Positions 9,913 through 19,366 of a stretch of DNA of 46,331 nt are shown here, in pieces. A model generated the notes under the pieces. The model ran no database searches, was not told where the DNA came from, and saw only the letters and a program-made list of their open reading frames with translations. The stretch comes from Deltaproteobacteria bacterium (GTDB lineage Bacteria; Desulfobacterota; JADFXK01). The translations under genes were made by a program, and so were the position numbers. The DNA lies in the NCBI GenBank assembly GCA_015233355.1, contig JADFXY010000001.1, positions 1-46,331 on the forward strand. Direction: 5' to 3'. The number at the start of each line of letters is the position of its first letter. Within the stretch, counting starts at the first letter, position 1.

Positions 9913-11100
9913 ATGCTAATTCTAAATGTAAATCAATTTCTTAAGAATCGCGACGCTGTCCTGGCATTATTCTTAACGGCAATCTGTTTTTTTCTCCTTT
10001 GGGCACCCACCGGGTTTGAGAATAGACAGCCTGCCGGCTCTCAATACGCCAGGGCCCGGATTACCGCTTTAGATAATGCCAGACTCAAACAACACGTCCT
10101 GGTCAAGACGGGGTTCCAGGATCTGACTGTGGAAATACTGGATGGTCCATTCCAGGGCCGGACCGAGCGGGCAGTCAACTATTTGACCGGTAAATTGGAG
10201 ATCGATGAGTTTTATCTGGCCGGCCAGACGATCCTGCTGGAATTCTCGGCCGACCAGGGCCGGATAACCACCTCACATCCGCGGGGCGTTTACCGGCTGG
10301 GGGTGGAGATTTGGCTATTCGGTCTATTCGGCGTGTTGCTGATTGTGTCAGGTGGATGGACTGGATTAAGAGCCCTTTTATCCTTCGTTTTCGCGGCCCT
10401 AATGATCTGGAAGGTGATGGTCCCTTGCTTTTTAAAGGGCTATGATCCGGTGTTGCTTGGATTGGCCGTGGTGACCTGTCTCATTGGAGCCGTCAGCTTT
10501 TTGGTCGGGGGACTAAATCGAACCGGACTGGTCACCTTTCTCGGTTCATTCATCGGACTTAATTTGACCTACCTGTTGTCGAAAATTTTTTATAAGTTGT
10601 TTTGGGTCCACGGAGCTATCCGACCTTTTTCCGAGATGCTCCTCTATACGGGCTTTCCCCACCTCGACCTGGGAAAAATATTCCTTGCCGGGATTTTCAC
10701 AGCGTCATCGGGGGCGATCATGGATGTGGCCATGGATATATCCGTGTCCATGCACGAGTTAAAGCTGAAGAACCCGGATGTTTCTTTGCGAGAACACCTG
10801 GCCTCGGGCATGGCCGTGGGCCGGGCCGTCATCGGGACAATGACCACCACGCTGCTGCTGGCCTATTCCGGCGGATACGTGACCATGTTGATGGTGTTTA
10901 TGGGGCAGGGGATTCCACTCCGAAATATCTTCAACTTGAACCTGGTCTCAGCCGAGGTCCTGGACACGCTGGTGGGAAGTTTTGGAGTCGTCCTGGTGGC
11001 TCCCGTTACCGTTTTGATCGGGGGGCTGATGTTCCGGAGAGGACCCAATGCGGCATTTAATCAGCCTGAAGTGGGACGTAATCAGCCCGAGCTCGATTAG
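9913..11100 (+). CDS. YibE/F-family integral membrane protein
   Basis: One N-terminal TM segment, an extracytoplasmic domain, then about 6 TM segments. The motif SSGAIMDVAMDISVSMHE and the TLLLAYSGGY region recall PF07907 members. This is recognition only, with no search run. Confidence 0.5.
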   Translation: MLILNVNQFLKNRDAVLALFLTAICFFLLWAPTGFENRQPAGSQYARARITALDNARLKQHVLVKTGFQDLTVEILDGPFQGRTERAVNYLTGKLEIDEFYLAGQTILLEFSADQGRITTSHPRGVYRLGVEIWLFGLFGVLLIVSGGWTGLRALLSFVFAALMIWKVMVPCFLKGYDPVLLGLAVVTCLIGAVSFLVGGLNRTGLVTFLGSFIGLNLTYLLSKIFYKLFWVHGAIRPFSEMLLYTGFPHLDLGKIFLAGIFTASSGAIMDVAMDISVSMHELKLKNPDVSLREHLASGMAVGRAVIGTMTTTLLLAYSGGYVTMLMVFMGQGIPLRNIFNLNLVSAEVLDTLVGSFGVVLVAPVTVLIGGLMFRRGPNAAFNQPEVGRNQPELD

Positions 11101-11109
11101 TTTTATGAA

Positions 11110-11200
11110 TTGGACGACAGAAATGTGTCCGCAGATGGATGATGTCCATATCAGCCTGCGATCATAGGTCTTTTTTGTCTGGGCGAACCGAACTATATTT
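11110..11200. repeat. Degenerate copy of the MITE/REP-like repeat
   Basis: CAGAAATGTGTCCGCAGAT matches the left arm. CCTGCGATCAT matches the copy C core. TCTGGGCGAACCGAA matches the right arm (TCTGCGCGAATCGGC). Confidence 0.45.
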
Positions 11201-11361
11201 TGGAGGATGGCCGGGGTTCTTGAAAACGTCAAAATAATTTAACCGGGCTGAGGGGTGACTGTCACACTCTCGTTCTATACTCCATCCGTTGTTTGGGCGA
11301 CCTGAACTGTTCAGGTTCAATCAAGACAAATAATTGATCGTATCAATGAGAGGAGGCCCTA

Positions 11362-13200
11362 TTGCTAGACAAAGCGCGGATAGAGATTAAAGAACCAGGC
11401 CTGGCCACAGACAGCCGCCTTCCTTTGCGGCAATTCCTTTTTCCGACCAACAAAGGGCCGCTGGATCGGATCTTATCGTTTGGCCGGTTAGGAAAAATCT
11501 GTCAAGAAATCTCAGCCATGGGAGGCGAATCCGACTTTCTGGAAAATGCGCTGGAAGCCTTTCACGTCAATTTTGACATCCCGGAAAAAGACCTGAGCCG
11601 AATTCCGGAAAAGGGTCCGGTCGTAGTCGTGGCCAACCACCCCTTCGGCGCGATAGAGGGGATCTTGCTCTACCGGTTGCTTCGGATGATCAGGTCGGAT
11701 GTCAAAATAATGGCCAATCATATCCTGCAGTTGATCCCTGAATTGAGAGACGTGTTGATCATGGTCGATCCTTATGGCACAAGCGGCTCCATAAGCTCTA
11801 ATGTTAACCCTATCCGTAAAACCATTGGCTGGCTCAGGAGCGGTGGGGTAGTCGGTGTTTTTCCGGCCGGCGAAGTCGCCCATATTCAGTTGCGCAAATT
11901 TGAGGTTAGCGATCCGCCGTGGAACCCCAGGCTGGCCCCGATCATAAGAAGGACCCAGGCCGCGGTATTGCCGATCTATTTTTCCGGCCGGAATGGCCTT
12001 CTATTTCAATTGTTGGGTCTGATTCACCCTAAACTCCGGACGGCCATGTTGGCCAGGGAACTGTTGAATAAAACCAACAAGAGCATAACCGTCAGAATCG
12101 GCCGGGTCATTCCTTTTGAGAAATTGAACAAAATCCAAAGCGATGGTCATCTGATAGGTTATTTGAGGACAAGAACATATATGCTCGGTTGCCGCCGGGA
12201 TCAATATCCCAGTCCCTTTATGGCCGGACCGGTTGACCGGTTTGTCAGGACCCGGCCCAAGGTGGCCGACGCGCAAAGGTCCAGCCTGCTTAAACAAGAA
12301 GTCCAGGATTTGCCGCCCGATCATTTGTTGGCGGATAGCCCCGGGCTGAGTGTATATAGGGCGACGGCTTCCCAGATTCCTCATTTACTCCATGAGATCG
12401 GCCGGCTTCGGGAAATCACTTTTCGGCAGGCCAATGAAGGAAGCGGTAAGGCCATTGACCTGGACAGTTTTGACACCTATTACACCCATCTCTTCCTCTG
12501 GGACAAAGAAAAGAGCCGGGTGGCCGGCTCCTACCGGCTGGGGATGACGGACGAGATCGCCGCTCAGGTAGGCGTAAGCGGCCTTTACACCCATGATCTG
12601 TTTGAATATGACTGGCGATTGCTGGACCGGATCGGCCCTGCCCTGGAACTCGGGAGATCCTTCGTCCGGCTGGAATATCAAAAAAACTACCGTCCGTTGA
12701 TGTTGCTGTGGAAAGGCATTGGCCGGATTGTGGCCGCTAATCCCAAGTATAGAATCTTGTTTGGGCCGGTCAGCATCTCCGGTGACTATCGGGCGGCCTC
12801 ACATCAACTGATCGTTTCTTTTCTTAAAGCCAATAACTTGGAGACCGACCTGTCCAGACTGGTTAAGTCTCGGCATCCCATCCGGGCGAAAGCCACGAAC
12901 AAGAGCCTGGTCCAAGAGGCTTTACCCCTGATTCAAGATGTCCGGGATTTATCTGAGATAGTTTCAGATATCGAAGACGACGGGAAAGGCATCCCCATAT
13001 TGCTTAGGCATTATCTTAAGTTGGGGGGGAAGACTCTGGCCTACAGCTTTGACCCCGGCTTCAGCCGCGTGCTGGATGCGCTGATCATGGTGGACTTGAC
13101 CCAAACCGATCCCAAAATTTTGGAAACGTATTTGGAAAAATCCGGGGCGACAACGTTTCTCCGCCACCATTACCTCGATCCCCAAACTCGTGTGGCCTAG
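11362..13200 (+). CDS. Bifunctional O-acyltransferase / N-acyltransferase, OlsF-like aminolipid (ornithine-lipid type) synthase
   Basis: The N-terminal half has lysophospholipid-acyltransferase motifs (VVVANHPFGAIEG, VGVFPAGEV). The C-terminal half has the OlsB/GNAT 'hemolysin-like' pattern (LREITFRQANEGSGKAIDLDSFDTYYTHLFLWDKEKSRVAGSYRLG). TTG start is taken from the ORF track, so the start is uncertain. Confidence 0.6.
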   Translation: MLDKARIEIKEPGLATDSRLPLRQFLFPTNKGPLDRILSFGRLGKICQEISAMGGESDFLENALEAFHVNFDIPEKDLSRIPEKGPVVVVANHPFGAIEGILLYRLLRMIRSDVKIMANHILQLIPELRDVLIMVDPYGTSGSISSNVNPIRKTIGWLRSGGVVGVFPAGEVAHIQLRKFEVSDPPWNPRLAPIIRRTQAAVLPIYFSGRNGLLFQLLGLIHPKLRTAMLARELLNKTNKSITVRIGRVIPFEKLNKIQSDGHLIGYLRTRTYMLGCRRDQYPSPFMAGPVDRFVRTRPKVADAQRSSLLKQEVQDLPPDHLLADSPGLSVYRATASQIPHLLHEIGRLREITFRQANEGSGKAIDLDSFDTYYTHLFLWDKEKSRVAGSYRLGMTDEIAAQVGVSGLYTHDLFEYDWRLLDRIGPALELGRSFVRLEYQKNYRPLMLLWKGIGRIVAANPKYRILFGPVSISGDYRAASHQLIVSFLKANNLETDLSRLVKSRHPIRAKATNKSLVQEALPLIQDVRDLSEIVSDIEDDGKGIPILLRHYLKLGGKTLAYSFDPGFSRVLDALIMVDLTQTDPKILETYLEKSGATTFLRHHYLDPQTRVA

Positions 13201-13361
13201 GCAGCCTTGGTTGTTTGTTGCTTGTTGCCGGTTGCCGGTTGCCATTGACTTACGGGGCGGCGCCCGGCTACAAGCGATTTGGAATTTTCGAATCCGTTGC
13301 GTTGGAACTAACTATTTGTGCAGAAATATGATTCCATCAAGGGAATTAAACAGGAGAAGCT

Positions 13362-13586
13362 ATGGAACAGACAGCCGGCGTTAACGAGTTTAATCAAAAT
13401 GTTGGTGAAGAAAATCATGAGGAAAAATTGAAGGCGGCGTTGACGGAACTCAATCACTTTCTGGCCGGGAAGCCGAAAATGCAGATGGTTCAACAAGAAA
13501 TTGAACGGCGGTTGGATAACGAACCCAACACTGTGAGCCGGTTGATTGTCATCGGACATGTAATCCGTTCCAGTACCAAATATTAA
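13362..13586 (+). CDS. Small hypothetical protein (74 aa)
   Basis: ATG preceded by AACAGGAGAAGC. Charged helical sequence. It ends next to the IS remnant, so its 3' end may not be native. Confidence 0.3.
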   Translation: MEQTAGVNEFNQNVGEENHEEKLKAALTELNHFLAGKPKMQMVQQEIERRLDNEPNTVSRLIVIGHVIRSSTKY

Positions 13587-13611
13587 TAATCCTATATCTC
13601 GGGCTTTCTCT

Positions 13612-13697
13612 TTAATCTATCGCTACCTTCGCCCTAAAGGCGGCATCGGACCTCTGCCGCATCCTCTTCATTTAAGTCCTCCTTGTTGTACTAATCA
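13612..13697 (-). mobile_element. IS3-family left-end remnant (terminal repeat plus the first ~19 codons of orfA)
   Basis: The minus strand reads TGATTAGTACAACAAGGAGGACTTAA-ATG, encoding MKRMRQRSDAAFRAKVAID-stop. It is nearly collinear with the longer remnant at 35318-35600. FRAKVA is the conserved N-terminus of IS3-type OrfA. Confidence 0.5.
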
Positions 13698-13761
13698 AGG
13701 CTGTCTTCACACCTTATCAGGCTGTCCAGTGCTTGGGGAGCATAATCGACCCAACCACCGG

Positions 13762-13850
13762 GACGGAAATTCCTGCCTTAATCAATTGCGATTGACCAGA
13801 TCGAAACTCATTTTCAGCTTGACAACTGAACCTTGACCGCATAAAAAACA
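13762..13850 (+). repeat. Promoter-like repeat, copy 1 (contains CTTGACAACTGA)
   Basis: About 90 bp similar to 23246-23340. It includes an identical 12-mer CTTGACAACTGA (13818-13829), with TAAAAA 17 nt after the TTGACA. Confidence 0.4.
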
Positions 13851-14246
13851 AAATTGTAGTCTTATGTCCTTAACTTTATCCTCACTATTCGGGATAAAGA
13901 TGGATCTATTCTGCAGTCATTATATCTTTATTTTTGAATAAACAATATTCCGCCACCCACATTTTTAACCCACAAAATTCTTTCTTATATCTTTAAGTTG
14001 TTGCCTTACACCGGTAACCGTAACATGAGATAATAGACCAACATATTCGGTTTCTTTGCTATCGGCCGGATCAAACCAGGTGATATAAGCTGGGTTCGGT
14101 AAGAGGAGACTTTCCCCATAACCATACACTTTGAAAGGCTCTCGCAAAACTCAATAAAAACATCACCCCGGCGAAAGCCGATGTCCGAAAGACATTGAAA
14201 GGCCAGGCTTCAAGTTTTGGTCCAAATGACATTGAAGGAGAATAAA

Positions 14247-15794
14247 ATGGACAAAGAAGAGAAGAATACGACGGGTTTGACGAGAAGGCAAATGTTGACG
14301 GCTTCCGGATTAGCCTTGGGTGGGTTTCTTATCGACCAAGCAATTCCCGGAATAAACGAAGTTCGCGGAAATGACGGCTGTACCTGTCCCAGCGGGCCAA
14401 CGTGCAACTGGGAAAATACACCAAGTTCACAGGTTTATACCTACTTTGACTCGCTGCCTCCTTTCTATCCATTCGATTCAAGCACAAAGACAAACATTGT
14501 ACCCTTGGGAGAAAACGAAATGCGGATCACCTTCATGGGGTCTTCCATTCCTCCCACCTTGCGCCATAAGCAACAGATGATGAGTGTGTTTGTCGAAGTT
14601 GGCTGGGATAAAGACAAACAGATGCCGATCGACCAGTTTGTTTTCGACTGCGGATCGGGAGTATGCACTAATTACAGTTCCATGAACGTCGGATTCGGGA
14701 GGATGAATAAGGTCTTTATTAACCATCTTCACGGGGATCACATGTCCGATCTGACTCATATCTACTGCTTCGGACCTTCCGGGGATCGTCAATTTCCCCT
14801 GTATGTCTGGGGGCCAAGCGCGTCGGGGGTAGAGAGTCCCAAAGGTTCCGGGAGATATTATGACGACGGGGTGAAAGCTTTCTGCACTCATCTTCGCCGG
14901 GCTTGCCGATGGCACACGGAGAGTTTCAGCTTTCAATCCACCAGCTATTCCGGTTATCAGGTTCCAACAAAGAAAAGTTGGGGGTTGCCGTGCGATCCTG
15001 TTCCCGTTGAGGATGATGCGCCGAATGATGGATATGCTCTGGTTCCGATTGAGCTGAACTGGAGGAAATATTGAAATGATGAAGGAGATAACGTTGCTTA
15101 TCACGATCCGGCTACAGGTGTAAATATAACGCAATTCCCCGTTATCCAAGCCCGGCATGGCTCCATCGTCTATAAATTATATTGGTACGGGCTGACCATG
15201 ATCTACACCAGCGATACCAAGCCTGAGTATAACAGCATTATCCAGGCGTCCAATAAGGGCAAGGGTGTGGATGTGTTAATTCACGAGATGATAGTCCCGG
15301 CTCAGGTGTGGGCCATGAAACTTGCACATCAATCCACACTTCCAGATCCAACCAGCCCCAGCGTCCAGTGGGCGACAATGGTTCAAAACAGCTCCCACAG
15401 TCCGCAGGGGGCTTTCGGTTATCTTCTGAGCCAAATAAAACCTCGACCGCGTCTTACCGTGGCCACGCATTTTCCGGTAGCCGATGACACTGTTGCCTGT
15501 GCCCTGAAGAGCGTGAACGATCACTGCCCCGATGTTCAAATGGGTAAGGATTTGATTTGGAGCTTCGACCTGATGACTATAACGGTCTCCAAAGACAAAA
15601 TTACCCCAATGAAAGGAGTTGTGTCGGATTTCAGCTTCTCTCCGACGGTAAATTTACCTTCTGGTACACCGAATGTGCCGAAGTATCACGATGCCAGCGG
15701 CAATGGTGACCCCTATGCCCAAATTTGCACGGATACGGCGGTTCCGGCTTGCGGAGATAATAATGAGTGCAATTACCGGACAGATGGGTATTAA
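14247..15794 (+). CDS. Tat-exported metallo-beta-lactamase-fold hydrolase (RNase Z / phosphodiesterase-like), interrupted by one in-frame TGA at 15072-15074
   Basis: The two ORFs 14217-15074 and 15198-15794 are in the same frame, and codons 15075-15197 are open. Twin-arginine signal TRRQMLTASGLALGG. MBL motifs are distributed across both halves: HLHGDHMSDL before the TGA, then ARHG, IYTSDT, LIHEM and VATHF after it. ATG at 14247 follows AAGGAG. Confidence 0.7.
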
Positions 15795-15935
15795 TCCGTA
15801 ATTATAATGAGTACCCCCACGCTCTGCCGGCAATTCTGTTGAATTAAGGTGAGGCTTGGAGTGGAATCCACATCGTTGTCTGAACTGTGATTATTTTGAT
15901 CGATAATGATGTTTGTGGAAGTTCATCAACAGTGG

Positions 15936-15961
15936 TAGGGGCGAGGCATGCCTCGCCCCTA
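15936..15961. terminator. Perfect GC-rich palindrome between convergent genes (possible bidirectional terminator)
   Basis: TAGGGGCGAGGCATGCCTCGCCCCTA lies between the MBL gene end (15794) and the maturase gene end (16038). There is no clear U-tract. Confidence 0.4.
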
Positions 15962-16037
15962 AGGATGGGTTTTCCCTCCCACCCGTCAGTCCGGTGCCGC
16001 AAATAACAGTTCACCGGTAACGTCACCGGCAAGTCTT

Positions 16038-17354
16038 TTACGTGGAAACCTCTCCGACAGCCGAAGGCTTCTCAGATGCTTCGGGCTGATCCGCCGCCTC
16101 CATGATCTTCTGGACGGGTATGCCTCTGTAAATAAGCTCCACCATCCGGGTCATGGCCGGATGAACGGAATAATAGAATTTTTTAAATCCTTCGCAGAGA
16201 TAGTTTAGTCCTGGTTCTCCATCGGGAGATGTGACGAAACGATGTTTGGGGCAGCCGCCGCGGCAGGCAAAAAGGAGCTCGCATCCGCGGCAATATCCGT
16301 GCAGGGCGGTTTCCTTTGATGCGCCGAAAGCGATCTGTTGGGTTGACTGGACCATTTCTTTTAACCCGCGCTCAAGAATATTTCCCAGGCGAAAAGCCGG
16401 GTACATGAAATGGTCGCAGGAAAAAATATCGCCGTTGTGCTCCAATATCAGGTTCCCCCCGCAGCGGGGAGCGAGATAGCACACACCAGGGGCGACCCCG
16501 GCCCAGGCGCCCAGGGTCCATTCGAAATTCATGACAAAGATCCGGCCGACATCATTTCTTATCCACTCCTGGAAGACCTGGATGAGGAATTCACCATATT
16601 GGGTCGGCCCGACACTCCAGGGGGTCACGGTGGTCGACTTCTCTTCGTGGGTGAGAGACGGCGGCGCGGCCAGAGACATGCCCAATCTTTCCGCGGCGGA
16701 ATCGGTCTCCCGTTCCACGATAGGGATAAATTGGATAAACTGCACCCCGTGTTGCCGGAAAAAACGGTATACTTCAAGAGGATGCGTTGCGCTTTGGCTG
16801 TTCACGGTGGCCAGAACGTTTATTTCCACGCCAGATCTTTGCATCATCCTCAGCTTATCCAAAACTTTGGTGCAGGTTGGCCGGCCAGCCTTGTCCCGGC
16901 GATAGGCATCGTGAACCACCGCGGGACCATCCAGGCTCAACCCAACCAGGAAGTTGTTCCTGGACAGAAAAGCACACCACGCTTCATCGATAAGCGTTCC
17001 ATTTGTCTGAAGCGAATTTGAAATCTGTTTTCCCTGACTGTATTTCTTTTGAAGATCCAGGGCCCGCTGGAAAAAATCAACCCCCAGTATGGTCGGTTCA
17101 CCACCCTGCCAGTCGAATACGACGGATGGTCCCGGCTGGGATTCGATATATTCTCTGGTGTAGGTCTCAAGAACTTCATCAGACATACGGAAGGTTCTAT
17201 TTTCAGGGAAAAATGCCTTTTTTTCACGATAAAAACAATAGCCGCAACGGAGATTGCAGGACGGCCCGGCGGGCTTGGCCATAAGGTGAAAGCCCTGGGG
17301 CAGAGGACCATCGCGATCAGAGGTTTTCTGATTGGTTTTCTGGTTATCGGCCAT
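16038..17354 (-). CDS. Anaerobic sulfatase-maturating enzyme (radical SAM / SPASM, formylglycine-generating)
   Basis: Radical SAM motif CNLRCGYCFY near the N-terminus. C-terminal SPASM cysteine cluster CRGCELLFACRGGCPKHR. It lies immediately downstream of a Cys-type sulfatase gene on the same strand. Confidence 0.85.
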   Translation of the reverse strand: MADNQKTNQKTSDRDGPLPQGFHLMAKPAGPSCNLRCGYCFYREKKAFFPENRTFRMSDEVLETYTREYIESQPGPSVVFDWQGGEPTILGVDFFQRALDLQKKYSQGKQISNSLQTNGTLIDEAWCAFLSRNNFLVGLSLDGPAVVHDAYRRDKAGRPTCTKVLDKLRMMQRSGVEINVLATVNSQSATHPLEVYRFFRQHGVQFIQFIPIVERETDSAAERLGMSLAAPPSLTHEEKSTTVTPWSVGPTQYGEFLIQVFQEWIRNDVGRIFVMNFEWTLGAWAGVAPGVCYLAPRCGGNLILEHNGDIFSCDHFMYPAFRLGNILERGLKEMVQSTQQIAFGASKETALHGYCRGCELLFACRGGCPKHRFVTSPDGEPGLNYLCEGFKKFYYSVHPAMTRMVELIYRGIPVQKIMEAADQPEASEKPSAVGEVST

Positions 17355-17383
17355 ATCGCGGATTAATTACCTCTTTTGGCCAA

Positions 17384-19312
17384 TTAGCTGGACCGGCTGA
17401 GTATGGAAGCTTCCTGTTTGGCCAGCTCCACTCTCAATTGGCTGTTTTTCAATTTTAGTTCATCTGTTGTCAGACCGGGCACGGTCACGTCGGCCCGCAC
17501 CTCCCCAGTCTTGAAATCAACCAGATTTGTTTGCTCTATAGGATCCGTTTTCAGGCAATATAGTTCCCATTCATCCGGCTCAACCGCTTTCGGGTCCACA
17601 TATCGGGCGATCTTCCAGTCTCCGGTGCACAGGGCTCTGACGTTGTTGGGCTGTCGAACCGACCCTGGGACCAGGGGATATCCCTTTTTAATCGTCGCGT
17701 TGACGTTGGCCTGAAATATTTTGTATTGTTGAATCGTTTGATCAGAAGGGTTGGGGCCGGTTTCCGTGATCGTATCATTGGTCATAAAGAGAACGCCGGT
17801 CCGTGGCGCTCCGTCAGGCCCGAGGATGTCCCCATTGCTTTCACCCTTGATATGAGACGACAGGTCGGCTCCCACAAACGCTTTGACCACGGCTTTGCCG
17901 TAGATGGTTTCCATCATGCCCCGCACCTGGGCCGGATCATATCCGGCCAGGGCCAACAACGTCGGGGCCAGATCAATTGAGCTGGTGGGTTGCAGGACTT
18001 CCCTCATTTGCAATTTGTTTTGGTTGACCAGGGGGGAGGAAACAACCATCGGCACTCGGATCACTTCTTGATAAGCGTTGTGCCACTTCTGAATCATCCC
18101 GCCGTGCGCTCCAGCCACTTCGCCGTGATCAGCCAGGAAAACGACGATGGTATTTTCGGTCAGGCCGTTGTCATCCAGGGCCTGCAACACCCGGTGCATC
18201 TGCAGGTCCTCAAGATAATGGCAATAGGCATAGAACTGATTATAAGCCTGGGACCAGGCGGCCGCGTAGTCTCCCTGGAGTTGGAATGGTAAAGGTGAGG
18301 GAAGCAGGTTGGACTCAACAATAGACTTCATCATAAGTCCGTACTTGAGGGAGTACTCTTTCTGACACTGTGGCTTTGTATCCAGAGCCTCGCTAAAGGT
18401 CCGCGGCAGAGTGAAGTTATCTTGAGGGAAACCGCCAGGGTTCAGGTCTACCGAAAGTCCGGCCGGGTTGGGGAGGCTTTTATCGCCCTTGACGGAATTT
18501 GGCGGCGGCGGGGGAAAATTCTCCCAAGGAACAACGCCCTGGTTCTGGGGTAGTTGCCAGTTTATCGGCCAGGAACTGCAGTCATGGGGATCGACCAGCG
18601 AGGAGACGGCCAGCCAGGGAACATTGGAGTTGTCCTTTCCCTTACTGCTAAGAAAGTTCACGACGTTGTCAGCGAATCCGACATCGCGATAGACACCCAG
18701 GTTGTAAGAGGTTCCGCCATGAGGCTCGGGATATGATTTTTCCCAATCTGAAAACCCCCATGGTTCAAGATAATCAGGATCCTTGGCATCGGATACGTGC
18801 CATTTTCCAAAATAATGAGTGGTATAACCGATGGCCCGAAACCAATCACCAATTGTCGGTGTGCCATTGGGGTCAAGCCATGGTATCTCGCCGGCCGACT
18901 TAAAAGCCCCATCCGTTTGGTCAACGCCGGTTACGTTTGAATACTGACCGGTCATGATGCAAGTCCGGCTTGGGACGCAGGCGGAAGAGGCGGTATGGTG
19001 TTGTCTTAAGACCACGGCGTTTTGCCGCAACCGCAAGAGACCGGGAAAAAACCGGGCATATGAATTATCAGGAGAAAGAGGCTCAAAACCAACGATCTCT
19101 CTTAATCCTTGCGCCATACCCTCATTGGGTCCATATCCCTGTGGAGGAGTCCGCATTTGATCCACCATCATCAATAAGATGTTCGGACTTCTCGTAGGAT
19201 TAGAGGAATCGGAAGAACATGAGGAGAGTGCGCCAAGAGTTCCGGTGAGCGCCGCGGCGGCCAGAATTTTGGGTGGCGTGCTGAGAAATTCTCTGCGTGT
19301 CATTTTTTTCAT
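17384..19312 (-). CDS. Tat-exported Cys-type sulfatase-family hydrolase (alkaline phosphatase superfamily)
   Basis: Preferred start MKKMTRREFL (ATG at 19312 after AAAGGAA). Twin-arginine signal. Formylglycine motif SSACVPSRTCIMTGQY (C-x-P-S-R). HYFGKWHV and LADHGE motifs. Confidence 0.85.
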   Translation of the reverse strand: MKKMTRREFLSTPPKILAAAALTGTLGALSSCSSDSSNPTRSPNILLMMVDQMRTPPQGYGPNEGMAQGLREIVGFEPLSPDNSYARFFPGLLRLRQNAVVLRQHHTASSACVPSRTCIMTGQYSNVTGVDQTDGAFKSAGEIPWLDPNGTPTIGDWFRAIGYTTHYFGKWHVSDAKDPDYLEPWGFSDWEKSYPEPHGGTSYNLGVYRDVGFADNVVNFLSSKGKDNSNVPWLAVSSLVDPHDCSSWPINWQLPQNQGVVPWENFPPPPPNSVKGDKSLPNPAGLSVDLNPGGFPQDNFTLPRTFSEALDTKPQCQKEYSLKYGLMMKSIVESNLLPSPLPFQLQGDYAAAWSQAYNQFYAYCHYLEDLQMHRVLQALDDNGLTENTIVVFLADHGEVAGAHGGMIQKWHNAYQEVIRVPMVVSSPLVNQNKLQMREVLQPTSSIDLAPTLLALAGYDPAQVRGMMETIYGKAVVKAFVGADLSSHIKGESNGDILGPDGAPRTGVLFMTNDTITETGPNPSDQTIQQYKIFQANVNATIKKGYPLVPGSVRQPNNVRALCTGDWKIARYVDPKAVEPDEWELYCLKTDPIEQTNLVDFKTGEVRADVTVPGLTTDELKLKNSQLRVELAKQEASILSRSS

Positions 19313-19366
19313 AATAATCGATTCCTTTTCGTTAAGTGTTTGCGTCACAATATCTTAACGTGGGGT

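Noticed and set aside
13965-14147. 60-aa minus-strand ORF in the 13.2-14.2 kb gap
   Set aside because: It has a TTG start with no upstream RBS and no recognisable family. It lies in a low-complexity A/T-rich gap next to an IS remnant. It could be a gene fragment, but I cannot support it.
15087-15102. Hairpin GATAA-cgttgc-TTATC downstream of the in-frame TGA, considered as a bacterial SECIS
   Set aside because: It has only a 5-bp A/U-rich stem, no extended lower stem and no bulged U, so it is not convincing as a SelB-binding element. The selenocysteine idea is kept only as an alternative in the finding.
14478-15158. 226-aa minus-strand ORF antisense to the MBL-fold hydrolase gene
   Set aside because: It has no recognisable motifs, it overlaps a + strand gene with clear catalytic motifs and a Tat signal, and its composition is typical of an antisense shadow ORF.
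16410-17021. 203-aa + strand ORF (and several 68-124 aa ORFs) inside the radical-SAM maturase gene
   Set aside because: These are antisense or alternate frames of a gene with unambiguous CxxxCxxC and SPASM motifs. Their Arg/Gly/Pro-rich, low-complexity translations indicate shadow ORFs.
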